A DNA stretch of 64,000 nt from Eledone cirrhosa (lineage: Eukaryota): NCBI GenBank assembly GCA_964016885.1, contig OZ024742.1, positions 93,062,001 to 93,126,000 on the forward strand. Reading direction: 5' to 3'. The translations under genes were made by a program, and so were the position numbers. Below, piece by piece: positions 1 to 11,825 of this stretch. Under the pieces are notes generated by a model that was not told the origin of the DNA, ran no database searches, and saw nothing but the letters and a program-made list of their open reading frames with translations. The number at the start of each line of letters is the position of its first letter. Within the stretch, counting starts at the first letter, position 1.

Positions 1-1890
1 TAGGGTTAGGGTTAGTGTTGAGGTTAATGTTAGCTTAGTTTTCTGGTTAGTATCAGTTTTCTGATTAGTGTTTGTGTTAGTGTTTTTTTTAGTGTTAGTT
101 TTTATGGTAGTATTAGTGTTACTGTTAGTGCTCAGATCAGTGTTAGCGTTTGTGTTACTGTTTATGGTAGTGTAAGTGTTAAGGTTAGTGTTAGAGATTG
201 TGTTAGTGTTTATTTTTGTGTTAATATTTGTATTAGTATCTCTGTTACCATTAGTGATTGATGTTTCCATTAGTGTTAGTGATTGTGTTAGCGTTAGTCT
301 TTGTTTTTGTGTTAATGTTAGCATTAGTATTTCTGTTAGTGTTAGCATGAGTGTTTGTGTTAGTGTTCAGGTTAATGTTAGCTTAGTTTTCAGGTTAGTG
401 TTAGTGTTCAAGTTAATGTTAGTTTTAGTGTTAGTGTTTGTTTTTGTGTTAATATTTGTGTTAGTATCTCTGTTAGTGTTAGTTTTAGTGTAAGTGTTCA
501 GGTTAGTGTTAGTGTTCAAGTTAGTTTTAGTTTTAGTGTTAAGGTTAGTGTTAGTATTTTTTTTGTGTTAATATTTGTGTTAGTGTCTCTGTTAGTATTA
601 GTGTTTGATGTTTCCATTAGTGTTAGTGATTGTGTTAGCATTAGTCTTTGTTTTTGTGTTAAGGTTAGCATTAATGTTAGCATTAGTATTTCTGTTAGTG
701 TTAGCATGCGTGTTTATGTTAGTGTTCAGGTTAATGTTAGCTTAGTTTTCAGGTTAGAGTTAGTGTTCAAGTTAATGTTAGTTTTAGTGTTAGTGTTGAG
801 ATTAGTGTTAGAGATTGTGTTAGTGTTTGTTTTTGTGTTAATATTTGTGTTAGTATCTCTGTTAGCATTAGTGATTGATGTTTCCATTAGTGTTAGTGAT
901 TGTGTTAGCGTTAGTCTTTGTTTTTGTGTTAATGTTAGCATTAGTATTTCTGTTAGTGTTAGTGTTCAGGTTAATGTTAGCTTAGTTTTCAGGTTAGTGT
1001 TAGCGTTCAAGTTAATGTTAGTTTTAGTGTTAGAGATTGTGTTAATATTTGTGTTAGTAACTCTGTTAGTGTTAGTTTTAGTGTAAGTGTTCAGGTTAGT
1101 GTTAGTGTTCAAGTTAATGATAAGGTTAGTGTTAGAGATTGTGTTAGTGTTAGTATTTGTTTTTGTGTTAATATTTGTGTTAGTATCTCTGTTAGCATTA
1201 GTGTTTGATGTTTCCATTAGTGTTAGTGATTGTGTTAGCGTTAGTCTTTGTTTTTGTGTTAAGGTTAGCGTTAATGTTAGCATTAGTATTTCTGTTAGTG
1301 TTAGCATTAGTATTTATGTTAGTGTTCAGGTTAATGTTAGCTTAGTTTTCAGGTTAGAGTTAGTGTTGAAGTTAATGTTAGTTTTAGAGATTGTGTTAGT
1401 GTTTGTTTTTGTGTTAATATTTGTGTTAGTATCTCTGTTAGCGTTAGTGTTTGTTTTAGTGTTGAAGTTAATGCTAGCTTAGTTTTCTGGTTAGTATCAG
1501 TTTTCAGATTAGTGTTTGTGTTAGTGTTACTTTTAGTGTTAGTGCTCAGGTCAGTGTTAGTGTTTATGGTAGTGTTAGTTTTAGTGCTAGTGTTCAGGCT
1601 AATGTTTGTGCTAACGTTAGTTTTAGTGTAAGTGTTCAGGTTAGTGTTAGTGTTTGTATTAGTGTTTACGGTAGTGTTAGTTTTAGTGCTGATGTTCAGG
1701 TTAGTGTTAGTGTCAGTTTTAGTGTTAGTGTTCAGGTTAGTGTTTGTGTTAGTTTGCTATTTAATGTTAGTTTTCAGATTTTGTGTTTGTGTTAGTTTTT
1801 ATGTTAGCGCTAAGTTCACTGTTAGGGCATGTGTGAGTGCAAGTGTTAGAGCATGTGTGAGTGCAAATGTTAGGGTAAGTTATTTTTAAA
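1..1890 (+). repeat. Degenerate telomere-derived satellite (TTAGGG/TTAGTG variants) with higher-order 270-350 bp units
   Basis: Begins TAGGGTTAGGGTTAG, then TTAGTG/TTAGTT/TTTGTG hexamers. The anchor GATGTTTCCATTAGTGTTAGTGATTGTG recurs at ~260, 608, 877 and 1208. Confidence 0.85.
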
Positions 1891-2242
1891 GTTCGGTTTT
1901 AGCTTAAAGTTAGGTTTTCTACTTTCCAGGAAAAAAGTTGATCCTCTTTAACTTGAGTGGTGTGATATAGTGTGGTAAAGTATAGTGTTTCATAGTCTTG
2001 TGTGGTGTTGTCTATTGTTGTATAGTGTAGTATGGTATATTGTTTCATAGCATGGTCTGATGTGAGGTCGTACAGTGTTTCGTAGTGTGGTGTTGGATAA
2101 TATGGTATGGTATGTTTGTCAGTGTGGTGTGGCATGGTATGGTATAGGTTGATGTAGTGTGGCTTAGTTTGATTATAATAATACAAATAATAATAACAAT
2201 AATAATAGTAATAATAATTGTTCTTCTTGTTCATTTTCTTTG

Positions 2243-2405
2243 TCTTCTTCTGTGCCTTTGACTTCTTCTGTGCCTTTGACTTCTTCTGTGCCTTTGACTT
2301 CTTCTGTGCTTTTGACTTCTTCTGTGCTTTTGATTTCTTCTGTGCTTTTGACTTCTTCTGTGCTTTTGACTGCTTCTGTGCCTTTGACTTCTTCTGTGCC
2401 TTTAT
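2243..2405. repeat. 18-bp tandem repeat (~9 copies) inside an exon-like acidic segment
   Basis: GACTTCTTCTGTGC(C/T)TTT units. The minus strand reads KSTEEV/KGTEEV or AQKKSK depending on frame. Confidence 0.9.
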
Positions 2406-2852
2406 CTTCTCCTCTGCCATCTAAATACCAAAAACAAAGAATGTAAAACATGTGTTGCCTATCTCTCAGACTTTGCAAAGTGCTGAGGAGATAAAATTAA
2501 TTTAAAGAGCAGTGTGCTCATGCACTGTGATCCTATAATGTAGCTTATAAGCTATTTCATAACTACAAAACAATGTCAAACATCAACAAAAGTATATACA
2601 AATATCTTTGAATGTTTAAGTTAAACCTAAATAGATTGTATCTACAGGTCATTAGGTTAAGGCTGAACTAAGATCATATCTATAAATCATTAGGTTTAGA
2701 CTGAACTGAGATCATACTTTCTTCTTCTATTCGTCATCTTCGTTTCCTGTGTCTTCTTTGTCTTTGTTGTCATTTTCATTTTAATCGTCTGCTTCGTCGT
2801 CTTTTTCTTCTTTTCCATCTAAATATAAAAAAAATTGTAAACAAATATATAG

Positions 2853-3891
2853 ATTTCTATTTATTGCCACTAGGGCGCAAAAGACGGGGACAAATACAAG
2901 GGGGGAGTTTACACAAAAAGGCGAGTAAAGAAAACAAATAACAAATATAAAATTAACAATAAAGTCTACAATAGGGAGGCGGCGTTTGGGGGGTCGCACG
3001 CACCCCCGAAAAAAGTGTGCAACCCCTTCTCCTCAGGAACACAGAGAGAGGGTGCTCCCTCATTCCTTCCTTTTTTCCACCTACAGGCTGATGTAGAGAG
3101 AAGGCCCATTCACACGGGCCATTCTCGCCACTTTCACTCACCTTTCATAAAAACGACTGGGGTTGAGCATCTCTCTCCATCCTGATCCTTCTTCCGAAAT
3201 GATATTGGAAGAAACGGATCAGTTGTTGGCCAGAGAGAAAGGTGCCTGACCTGAGTCCTTTCAGACGCGTCCACGATACAACCTCTTTCACCATGGCTAT
3301 TACGCACAGAAACACCGCCTCTCCTTTATTTTTGAAGGGGGGAGGCGGCTTAATCGTTACAATAGACTCGGTGGTCAACCGGATCGGTCCCACCCGTGAT
3401 AGCAGTCGTTCGACATAGCCCCACAGATCGGCTACGCCCGAGCAGTGTACCAATGCGTGTGCAACGGTTTCCTCATCGCACACGCATCTGGGACAGATCT
3501 TTTTGGCGGGGTCCCTAGCCGGGCGCCCGTGTCTGTAGAGCTTTTCTCGAACGGGTAGAGCCCCTCAGTAGCACTGCCAGGCCAGGGACTTCTGGAAGTT
3601 GTCTATACGTCCCGGGCTGAATGTCCTACCGAACAGGCTGGCCAGTTCGTCTTCCTCCATGTCTAAGGTTTCTCCAAGGGCGTCGTCGCACCTGCTGCGT
3701 ACCAGCCCTCTATAGAATGTCGCGGTGGAGTCTCCACTGATAACCGGGTCCACCTGCCAGAGGGCCGTGAGCGCCTGGGCACACTCAGTGTGCCAGGCGC
3801 CCAGTTTTCTCGGTCTTTGCTTGACCCAAGATTGCAGCTCGGTGAGTGAGACGAATCTGGGAAAGGTTCGTCTCACAAACGGGGCCCACAA
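2853..3891 (-). mobile_element. L1/Tx1-clade LINE, 5'-truncated 3' fragment
   Basis: ORF remnants 3565-3891 and 3145-3483 encode the post-RT region and a CCHC knuckle (CPRCVCDEETVAHALVHC), homologous to the copy at 20992-21792. TSD AAATATATAG at 2843-2852 and 3892-3901. Confidence 0.85.
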
Positions 3892-4327
3892 AAATATATA
3901 GCTGATCTCTCAGACTTCCACGAAACACCGAGGAGATACAGTTAATATAACAAGTGGGGAGCTCATATATATATATATGGTATAGCATGGTGTTATGTGG
4001 TCTGGTGTGGTACAACATGGTGTGATGTGGTGTGGTATGATATGGTGAGGCGGGGAGGGGGGAGACAATGTTAGATTAATGTTAACAATACACATGTAGC
4101 ATCCACATGTGATGAGAAGGGGGAAACAGTGTTTTAACATTACATGTAGCATCCATCTACAGGTGATTAAGTTAAGACTGAGGTGTAATCATATGAAATT
4201 TAAAACTGCACTGAGATTCTGCTTAAAATGATGGTCAATGAAGTGTTTACTTACTCAGATCCTTTGAAATAACTTTCTCTTACTGTAACTGGACATACCT
4301 ACGAAATAGAAAACAGTCGAATAGACA

Positions 4328-4770
4328 GTAGTGTGGTGTGGTGTAGGGTGGTGTAGTGTAGTGTAGTTTAGTGTAGTGGACAGTGGTGTGGTGTAGTGTA
4401 GTGGAGTGTGGTTTAGTGTAGTGGACAGTAGTGTGGTGTAGTGGAGTGTGGTGGAGTGGAGTGTGGTTCAATGTAGGGTGGGAGATATGGTGTAGTGGAG
4501 TGTGCTGGGATGTAGTGTGGTAGCATGTGGTGTGATGGCATGTGATGTGATGTGATGTGGCATGGTGAAATGTGATGTGATGAAATGTGGCGTGGCGTGG
4601 TGAAATGTAATGTGATGTGATGAAATGTGGCGTGGCGTGGTGAAATGAGGCGAGGCGAGGCGAGACGAGACGTGATGTGATATGGTGTGATGTGGTGTGA
4701 TGTGGTGAGATATGGTGTGATGTGGTGTGGTGTGGTGTGATGTGGTGTGGTGTGGTGTGATGTGATGTGA
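4328..4770. repeat. (GTGTG/GTGAT/GTGTA)n pentamer microsatellite
   Basis: Direct reading. Similar tracts occur at 1955-2165, 3975-4050 and 5925-6250. Confidence 0.9.
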
Positions 4771-5921
4771 AATTTTTTCATCCTATTTTTCATGTGCTAT
4801 CAACTAATCCAATCTCCAAGATGCTTGAAACTGACCTTTTCCTCCCAAGAAAACGGCGGGGTGAGGTGGTTCTCTCTTCACCCGGATAACCCCTGCTTAC
4901 TCGGAATTTTCTCTTTGATTCTATTTTCATGCGTTATCAGTGAATATAACTTCCAAACCAGTCAAAAACAACTAGCTTTGGAGAAAGAGGAGGGAGAGTT
5001 TTGCAGATCTACACCCCACTCACATATTGTGGGACTCAATTTCGGTATATTTCCTGTGCTATTTCCTATGCTAATTCCTATGCTAATTCCTATGCTAATT
5101 CCTATGCTATTTCCTATGCTATTTCTTGTGCTATTAATTAATCTGACCTCATAGATGCTTCCAACCAACTTATTTCCCTGGGTTAGGTTTAGGGTTGGGG
5201 TAATGTTTAGGGTTTAGTTTTAGGGTTGGGGTTTAGTTTTAGGGTTGGGGTAATGTTTAGGGTCTAGTTTTAGGGTTGGGGTAAAGTTTAGGGTTTAGTT
5301 TTAGGTTTGGGGTAAAGTTTAGGGTTTAGTTTTAGGTTTGGGGTAAAGTTTAGGGTTTAGTTTTAGGTTTGGGGTAATGTTTGGGGTCTAGTTTTAGGGT
5401 TGGGGTAAAGTTTAGGGATTAGTTTTAGGGTTGGAGTAATGTTAGGGTTTTGTTTTATGGTTGGGGTATAGTTTAGGGTTTAGTTTAAGGGTTGGGTAAT
5501 GTTTATATTTAGATTGGTTTGGTTTAGATTTAGAGTTTAGGGTTGGGGCTAGATTTAATTTTATGTTTAATTTAGTTTTAGTTTCCAAATCCCAGAAAAA
5601 AAAATTGATTCAGAGCAACTAAAAGGTCAGATTAGTTGATAGCACTCAAAAGGAGACCGAAGAAAAATCATTAGGGTATATATCTACAAAACGACAATGG
5701 TTTTTCCACCTGCTTTACCCCTCCCTTTTCCTAGAACAACTAATCATTTCCAACTGGTTTGGAGGTCATATTCGTTGATAACATACAAAAAATCTTAGAG
5801 AAAACTCTGGGGTTAAATGAGAGAAGTGCATCCACCTAAGTTTTCCATGAAGAGAGAGTCAATAACAAACATCTTGGAAATCAGATTAGTTGATAACATG
5901 AAAAAAAGATGAGGAAAATTT
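4771..5921. mobile_element. Non-coding element with ~52 bp terminal inverted repeats (MITE-like) carrying an internal telomere-like satellite
   Basis: 4771-4823 (AATTTTTTCATCCTATTTTTCATGTGCTATCAACTAATCCAATCTCCAAGATG) is an imperfect reverse complement of 5870-5921. Both sides are flanked by the same pentamer microsatellite. Confidence 0.6.
5178..5585 (+). repeat. 31-bp telomere-like minisatellite (TTTAGGG/TTGGGG variants)
   Basis: Unit TTTAGTTTTAGGGTTGGGGTAATGTTTAGGG repeated ~9 times, then decaying. Confidence 0.85.
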
Positions 5922-6354
5922 TTTTGGTGTTATGTGGTGTGGAGTAGTGTGGTGTGTTTTTATGTGGTGTGATGTAGTGAGGTGTGTTTTTATGTGGTGT
6001 GATGTAGTGAGGTGTGTTTTTATGTGGTGTTATGTGGTGTGGAGTAGTGTGGTGTGTTTTTATGTGGAGTAGTGTGGTGTGTTGTAGTGAGGAGTGGTGT
6101 GTTGTGTTGTAGTGTTATGTGGTGTGGAGTAGTGTGGTGTAGTGTTGTATGTTTTTATGTGGTGTGGTGAAGTGTGGTGTGATGTGGTGTGGTGCACTGC
6201 GATGTGGTGTGGTGCGGTGCAGTGTGGTGTTGTGCAGTGCGGTGCAGTGAGGTTCTTCATCTTTATCTTTCTCTTCTTCATCTTTGTATTCATCTTCTTT
6301 GTTTTGTCTTCCATCTAAACAAAAAAAAAATATATATAAAACATATATGTAGCC

Positions 6355-6525
6355 TGTTATGAAGTACATCTATCCTCAATATAACTTTGTTTTATTGCAT
6401 ATCATTCTTTTCTTACAAATATTATTGTTATATTTCTTCAAGACTAATTACTGTTTTTATATTCTAGATATTGAATAAAAGCTTGGAATTGGAGCTTTAG
6501 TTTTGCAATATTAGAACGCACAACA
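6355..6525 (+). repeat. 5' LTR (171 bp)
   Basis: TGTTATGAAG...CACAACA. The AATAAA poly(A) signal is at 6474-6479. Confidence 0.95.
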
Positions 6526-6578
6526 ATTTTATTCAATATGATATTTGTTACAACTGTTTCGTTCCGAGACTAGACGTT

Positions 6579-7371
6579 TTGTGGTATTCGTTTCCACCCT
6601 TACTCTACCTTCAAAGCTTGCTACATTCTCAATTAAAAATTCCACATCCAACATTCCCAAATGACCCCACATCCGAGCAATGGCGATGGTGGCGGAAGTG
6701 TTTTGTGGATTCCCTACTCATAAACAGCATAGTAGAGGACAACCATAAATTGACCTACCTTCGTTCACAAGCTGGGGCCGACCTATTTAGTTTACTCGAA
6801 TCTGCAGAAAACTTCAACGAAGCACTAATCACCCTGGATACTCAATTCTTAGCCCCCAGTTGTATACTCTATGCCAGACATCAACTCCTAACATGCCGCC
6901 AAAAGCAAGAAGAAACCGTCCGAGAGTTTATTAAAAGACTCAACCTTTTAGTGGAAAAATGTAACTGTAAAGCCATCACAGCTAAAGACCACAGAGATAT
7001 GTTGATCCTGGATTCACTAGTAGCAGGAGTCCAATCAGACGCTATACGAGCACGTCTCCTAGAGCTGGACGATACTCAAGCAAACCTAAAAAACTGCATA
7101 GCAATGGCAAATGCAATAGAACTATCCAGTGATTTTACTAAATCATTCAACCTAGACGTCATCAACACTGTCAACTACATCCTCTCAAGAACCTACCGTA
7201 GCAGCTACAAAATCAAAACAACCTCTTCTGAAATACTTGAAAAATGCTAATTCCCAAAGTGAATTTAAATGCTTTTTTTGGGGACTTTCTAGGCATCCTA
7301 GAAATAAATGCCCAGCTAGAAAAGACATATGCTATTCTTGTGGGAAGATCGGCCACTGGCAATCAGTCTGA
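6579..7371 (+). pseudogene. gag: Gypsy gag with double zinc knuckle (frameshift and stop)
   Basis: ORF 6579-7250 (YARHQLLTCRQ...IRARLLE), then CFFWGLSRHPRNKCPARKDICYSCGKIGHWQSV* from 7270. Confidence 0.85.
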
Positions 7372-7469
7372 AAATCTGACTACCAAAGCAGTAAGCAAGC
7401 AGCCTCACTTATATGTTCATTAAATACCAGCAAACAGTCTAAAGCTATTCTCTGCCCAATAACTATAAA

Positions 7470-10204
7470 AGACACCACACTAAAGGCCTTAATTGATCCT
7501 GGTTCCACAGATTCGTTTATACGTCATAGCATAGCAACTGAATTAAACTTGAGCGTAAAACAAGAAAAACGGGCAATCACACTAGCCGACAATAAAATAT
7601 TAATGATGACTGGTACTACATCCATACCGATATGTATCTACAGCGAGGAATACTCTGTGAACCTAATCACTGCAAAAAGTCTTGTCGCAGACGTCATTAT
7701 CGAAATGGATGTCCTCACCCAGCATAGCTCTATTATTCTCCACCTTGGCGGTGCCCGGCCTCCCATGAAATTTTCAAATCAACTATGCTGTACCTTTCCG
7801 ACAATAGAAGTTAATCCGCCTCTTGTCTTCCATGATTTAGCCGAGACAAATATCAAGCCGATTGCCACTAAGGGACGTTTCATTAACAAGAGAGACGACA
7901 ATTTTATTAAGTCCGAAATAACTCGCCTCCTAGAAGCCGGTATCATTGAGGAATCAATTTCACCTTGGCGAGCTCAGTGCTTCATAGTACACGAAAAGAA
8001 ACCTCGACTCGAGGTACACTACTCCCAGACAATTAATAAGTATACACAATTGGATGCCTATCCATCCCCCGACATTGAGGATGTTGTTAACAAAGTGGCA
8101 CAGGATAAATATTTTTCAGAATTCGACCTCAAATCAGCGTATCACCAAGTACCTTTAAGAAAAATCGACAAACCTATAACGGCATTTCAGGCTAATCACA
8201 AACTCTACCAATTCTGCCGCTTACCGTTCGGCGTGACTGTACCTGTTTTTCATAGAATTATGGATCAAGTTATAGAGAAATATAACTTACTCAAAACCTA
8301 TGCCTATATTGACAACGTCATAGTCACGGGAAATACCAAAGCTGAACATGATAGAAATGTGGAAGCATTCTTAAACGCCGTGAAGACAGAAAACCTAACT
8401 CTTAACTCGGATAAGAGTAACATCTGCCAAACGAGTATATCTATACTAGGTTATAACATTCAGAACGGAGTAAAGAAACCCGATAAGGAACGCATCAAAA
8501 CCCGACTAGACTACCCAATCCCAACAAACAAACAAACAACAACTGAAACGATTCCTTGGATTCCTAGCCTATAATGCTAGGTGGATTGCCGATTACTCGA
8601 AGAAAATCCAACCACTATTACAAGCTGACTCGTTCCCGCTGAATAAAGTAGCTACAGATGTAATACAAGCCATGAAAGCAGATATCTCTAATGCCGCTCT
8701 TAGCATTCCTCTTAAAACTGGCCACGCATTGGTAATAGAAACAGATGCGTCTGGCGATGCAATCGGAGCTATACTTTCTCAAAACGAACGGCCCGTGGCC
8801 TTCCTGTCGAGAACACTTACACCGTCCGAGAAAAGATAATCAACTGTGGAGCGAGAAGCTATGGCTATTATTGAAGCTGTACAGAGATGGTCGCAATACG
8901 TGAAGCGTTTTCATACGATTATACGGACTGACCAAAAATCAGTAGCCTTCATTTTCTCGAGTAATAAATCACGAATCAAAAATGATAAAATATCTCGCTG
9001 GCGTTTAGAACTATCAGAGCATCAATTTGACATTGACTACAAACCCGGCTACCTCAACACCCAAGCCGATTGTCTTTCAAGAATCGCTGCAGCTATATCG
9101 CCACCCTGTGATTTAAAAGTACTCCACGACCAACTAGCACACCCAGGAGTAACTAGATTTTACGATTATATCCGACGCCATAACCTGCCCTTTTCCGTAG
9201 ATGAAATCCGCGACTTCGTCAAACACTGCGTATCATGTTTGGAGTGCAAGTCAAAATTCTTCAAGCCTCCATCTGCTAAACTCATTAAGTCAACAAGGCT
9301 GTTCGAACGTCTGTCAATTGATATCGTTGGACCAAAACCAAAATCTTCAAAAGCAGGAAACATACTTATTGACTGCAGTAGACGAATTCAGCAGATTCCC
9401 TTTTGCTTTCGGTATGCGTGACATCACCTCAAACACTGTCATTAACTGTCTCAAACAAATCTTCTCAATATTCGGAGCTCCCTCATTCATACACTCCGAT
9501 CGAGGAACTCAGTTTCTCTCCAAAGAATTCGATCATTTCTGCTTGTCCAATGGTATATCCCACACGCGCACTTCGCCGTACCATCCACAAGGAAATGGCC
9601 AAAACGAGCGCTACAATGGAGTCCTCTGGAAAGGAATTCAATGCATAATTAACTTGCGCAAACTTAAAGAAACTAAGTGGGAAGATATCATACCAGAAGT
9701 TCTTGCCTCGCAACGATCACTTCTCTGTACAGCGACTAATGAGACACCCCATAACCGCATATTTAGATTCGATCGAAAGGCTTCCTTAGGATTTTCCCTA
9801 CCAGATTGGCTTAGAGTTGGAAACGACGCCTATATTAGAAACTTTATTCGTACAAAGAATGACCCATTAGTGAATAAAGTTATTATCGAACAGATGGTGA
9901 ATGCTGATTTCGCGGTTGTCAGATATCAAAGTGGAAGTTCTAGTAAGTCTCAACAGCAGACCTCTCCCCTGGCCCAATTAATTGTCAAAATAATGACAAT
10001 CAATCCATCCAAGAAAACAGTTCGATTAGCAGTCCTGCTGATATGCCGAGACCACTTAACATCGACCACAGTAACGATCTACTCTTAGATGAAACCGTGA
10101 TTGATTTAAATAGCACTAGCATCCTACCGCAAGTTCCTGTTGACCCCGTGAGATGAAGCAATCGTATACGCGTAGTTCCCAAGCGCTATATTGAAGAACA
10201 ATAA
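7470..10204 (+). pseudogene. pol: Gypsy pol (protease, RT, RNase H, integrase), broken by frameshifts
   Basis: ALIDPGS (protease); FDLKSAYHQ, LPFG and YIDN (RT); TDASG..IGAILSQ and EREAMAI (RNase H); H..LAHPG..C..C, AVDEFSR, HSDRGTQF and GNGQNER (integrase). Confidence 0.93.
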
Positions 10205-10217
10205 AATCGGCGAAGAA

Positions 10218-10387
10218 TGTTATGAAGTTCATCTATCCTCAATATAACTTTGTTTTATTGCATATCTTTCTTTTCTACAAATATTATTGTTATATTTCTT
10301 CAAGACTAAGTACTGTTTTTATATTCTAGATATTGAATAAAAGCTTGGAATTGGAGCTTCAGTTTTGCAATATTAGAATGCACAACA
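10218..10387 (+). repeat. 3' LTR (170 bp)
   Basis: Near-identical to the 5' LTR. Preceded by a short purine-rich tract (GGCGAAGAA). Confidence 0.95.
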
Positions 10388-10500
10388 TAGCCAATCTCTC
10401 AGATTTTTACAAAGCTCCAGGGAGATAAATTTAATATAAGTGGTGTGCTCCTGAACAGAGATACTACAAAATAGCTTAAAAGCTATATATATATATATAC

Positions 10501-10569
<69 letters not shown>

Positions 10570-10681
10570 TACACGGGCGTGTATGATTGTGTATAGAAGA
10601 TTATATTAATAAAAGGAATTCCAACTTTGTCTGATTTACTCATTTTATTTACAATCCTTTAAAATTATAATGGTATTAGAA

Positions 10682-11752
10682 TGAAATAGCATGGTAGAAT
10701 ATTAAATGTTAATTGAACAAGTAATTTCATGCTTTCGCAATCTTCAGGTTCATATTCTGTGGTGACAGACAAGTTTACAATTTTCAACTGTAATGAGATG
10801 GGGAAATGTTGTGCCTTATATACAGTGAAAAGTGGCTACAGAATGCTAAATTTTGCAAACTGTATTTCGACCAATCGGTGTGTAGTTTCACTGGATTACT
10901 GAAGCTGATTGGTTTAGGCATCACGGTTGGTTGGGCATGTCTAACGACTTCTATTTGGCCCTATTCAAAGCATCAATTGTTTTGCTATTTTTAGAAATAA
11001 TGAAAATAGCATTTTCTAGGGTTTTTATACCCCTAAGAATTATTATTGTTCATTTAGCTTGGGTTGGAATTTTGAAAAATATTCCCAAATGCAAATATGA
11101 ACTGCAAAAGCAGAAATCTAATTTACTGCATTAAATGCCCGAATTGTGAAGAACTATGTCAGTCAAACTGGAAATGCACTATCGGAACGTGCACGGGTGC
11201 ACCGACAGAAAATCAGAGACCCAAATGTCCGTCAGATACCCCTGAGTAACCATCTAGCAACATGTGGTCAGAAAATATTTATAATATTTCCATTCTACAA
11301 ATTACACAGGCCAAGTGAAATCAAGAGAAAAATCAAAGAAAAGAATTTTATTCATAAATTCCAACCCAAGCTAAATGAACAATAATAATTCTTAGGGGTA
11401 TAAAAACCCTAGAAAATGCTATTAACATCATTTCTAAAAATAGCAAAACAATTGATTCTTTGGATAGAGCCAAATAGAAGTCGTTAGACATGCTCAACCA
11501 ACCATGACGCCTAAACCAATCAGCTTCAGTAATCCAGTGAAACTACACACCAATTGGTCGAAATACAGTTTGCAAAATTTAGCATTCTGTAACCGCTTTT
11601 CACTGTATATAAGGCACAAAATTTACCCATCTCATTACAGTTGAAAATTGCAAACTTGACTGTCACCACAGAATATGAACCTGAAGATTGCGAAAGCATG
11701 AAAGTACTTGTTCAATTAACATTTAACACTTAATATTCTACCATACTATTCA
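10682..11752 (+). mobile_element. Penelope-like element 3' fragment (GIY-YIG end) with inverted pseudo-LTRs
   Basis: Arms 10682-11072 and 11356-11752 are reverse complements. The spacer encodes a GIY-YIG C-terminus (YVSQTGNALSERARVH...FQPKLN). Each arm has a hammerhead-like core. Confidence 0.85.
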
Positions 11753-11825
11753 GATTACATCTATAAAATTCAGATTACATCTATATATATACACATACAT
11801 ATATATATATATACATTCATATATA

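Larger units (their letters stand above)
6355..10387 (+). mobile_element. Full-length Ty3/Gypsy LTR retrotransposon (decayed)
   Basis: TG...CA LTRs at 6355-6525 and 10218-10387 with only a handful of differences. 5-bp TSD TAGCC at 6350-6354 and 10388-10392. Domain order gag-PR-RT-RH-IN. Confidence 0.97.

Noticed and set aside
176-1889. Long hydrophobic Val/Leu ORFs and antisense Thr/Asn ORFs
   Set aside because: They are translations of the TTAGTG-type satellite and are open only because of repeat composition.
1899-2420. Histone H1/protamine-like (AQKKSK)n ORF
   Set aside because: It derives from an 18-bp repeat and runs into microsatellites. The sibling modules suggest the acidic frame after the acceptor, and there is no globular domain.
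2481-2510. CTGAGGA...AAAA-TTAA-TT as a plus-strand hammerhead
   Set aside because: There is no stem I and no GAAA, and the core is not conserved in the two sibling copies.
4108-4176. C/D snoRNA-like boxes (GTGATGA...CTGA)
   Set aside because: There is no convincing terminal stem or recognisable rRNA guide, and such short boxes are expected by chance.
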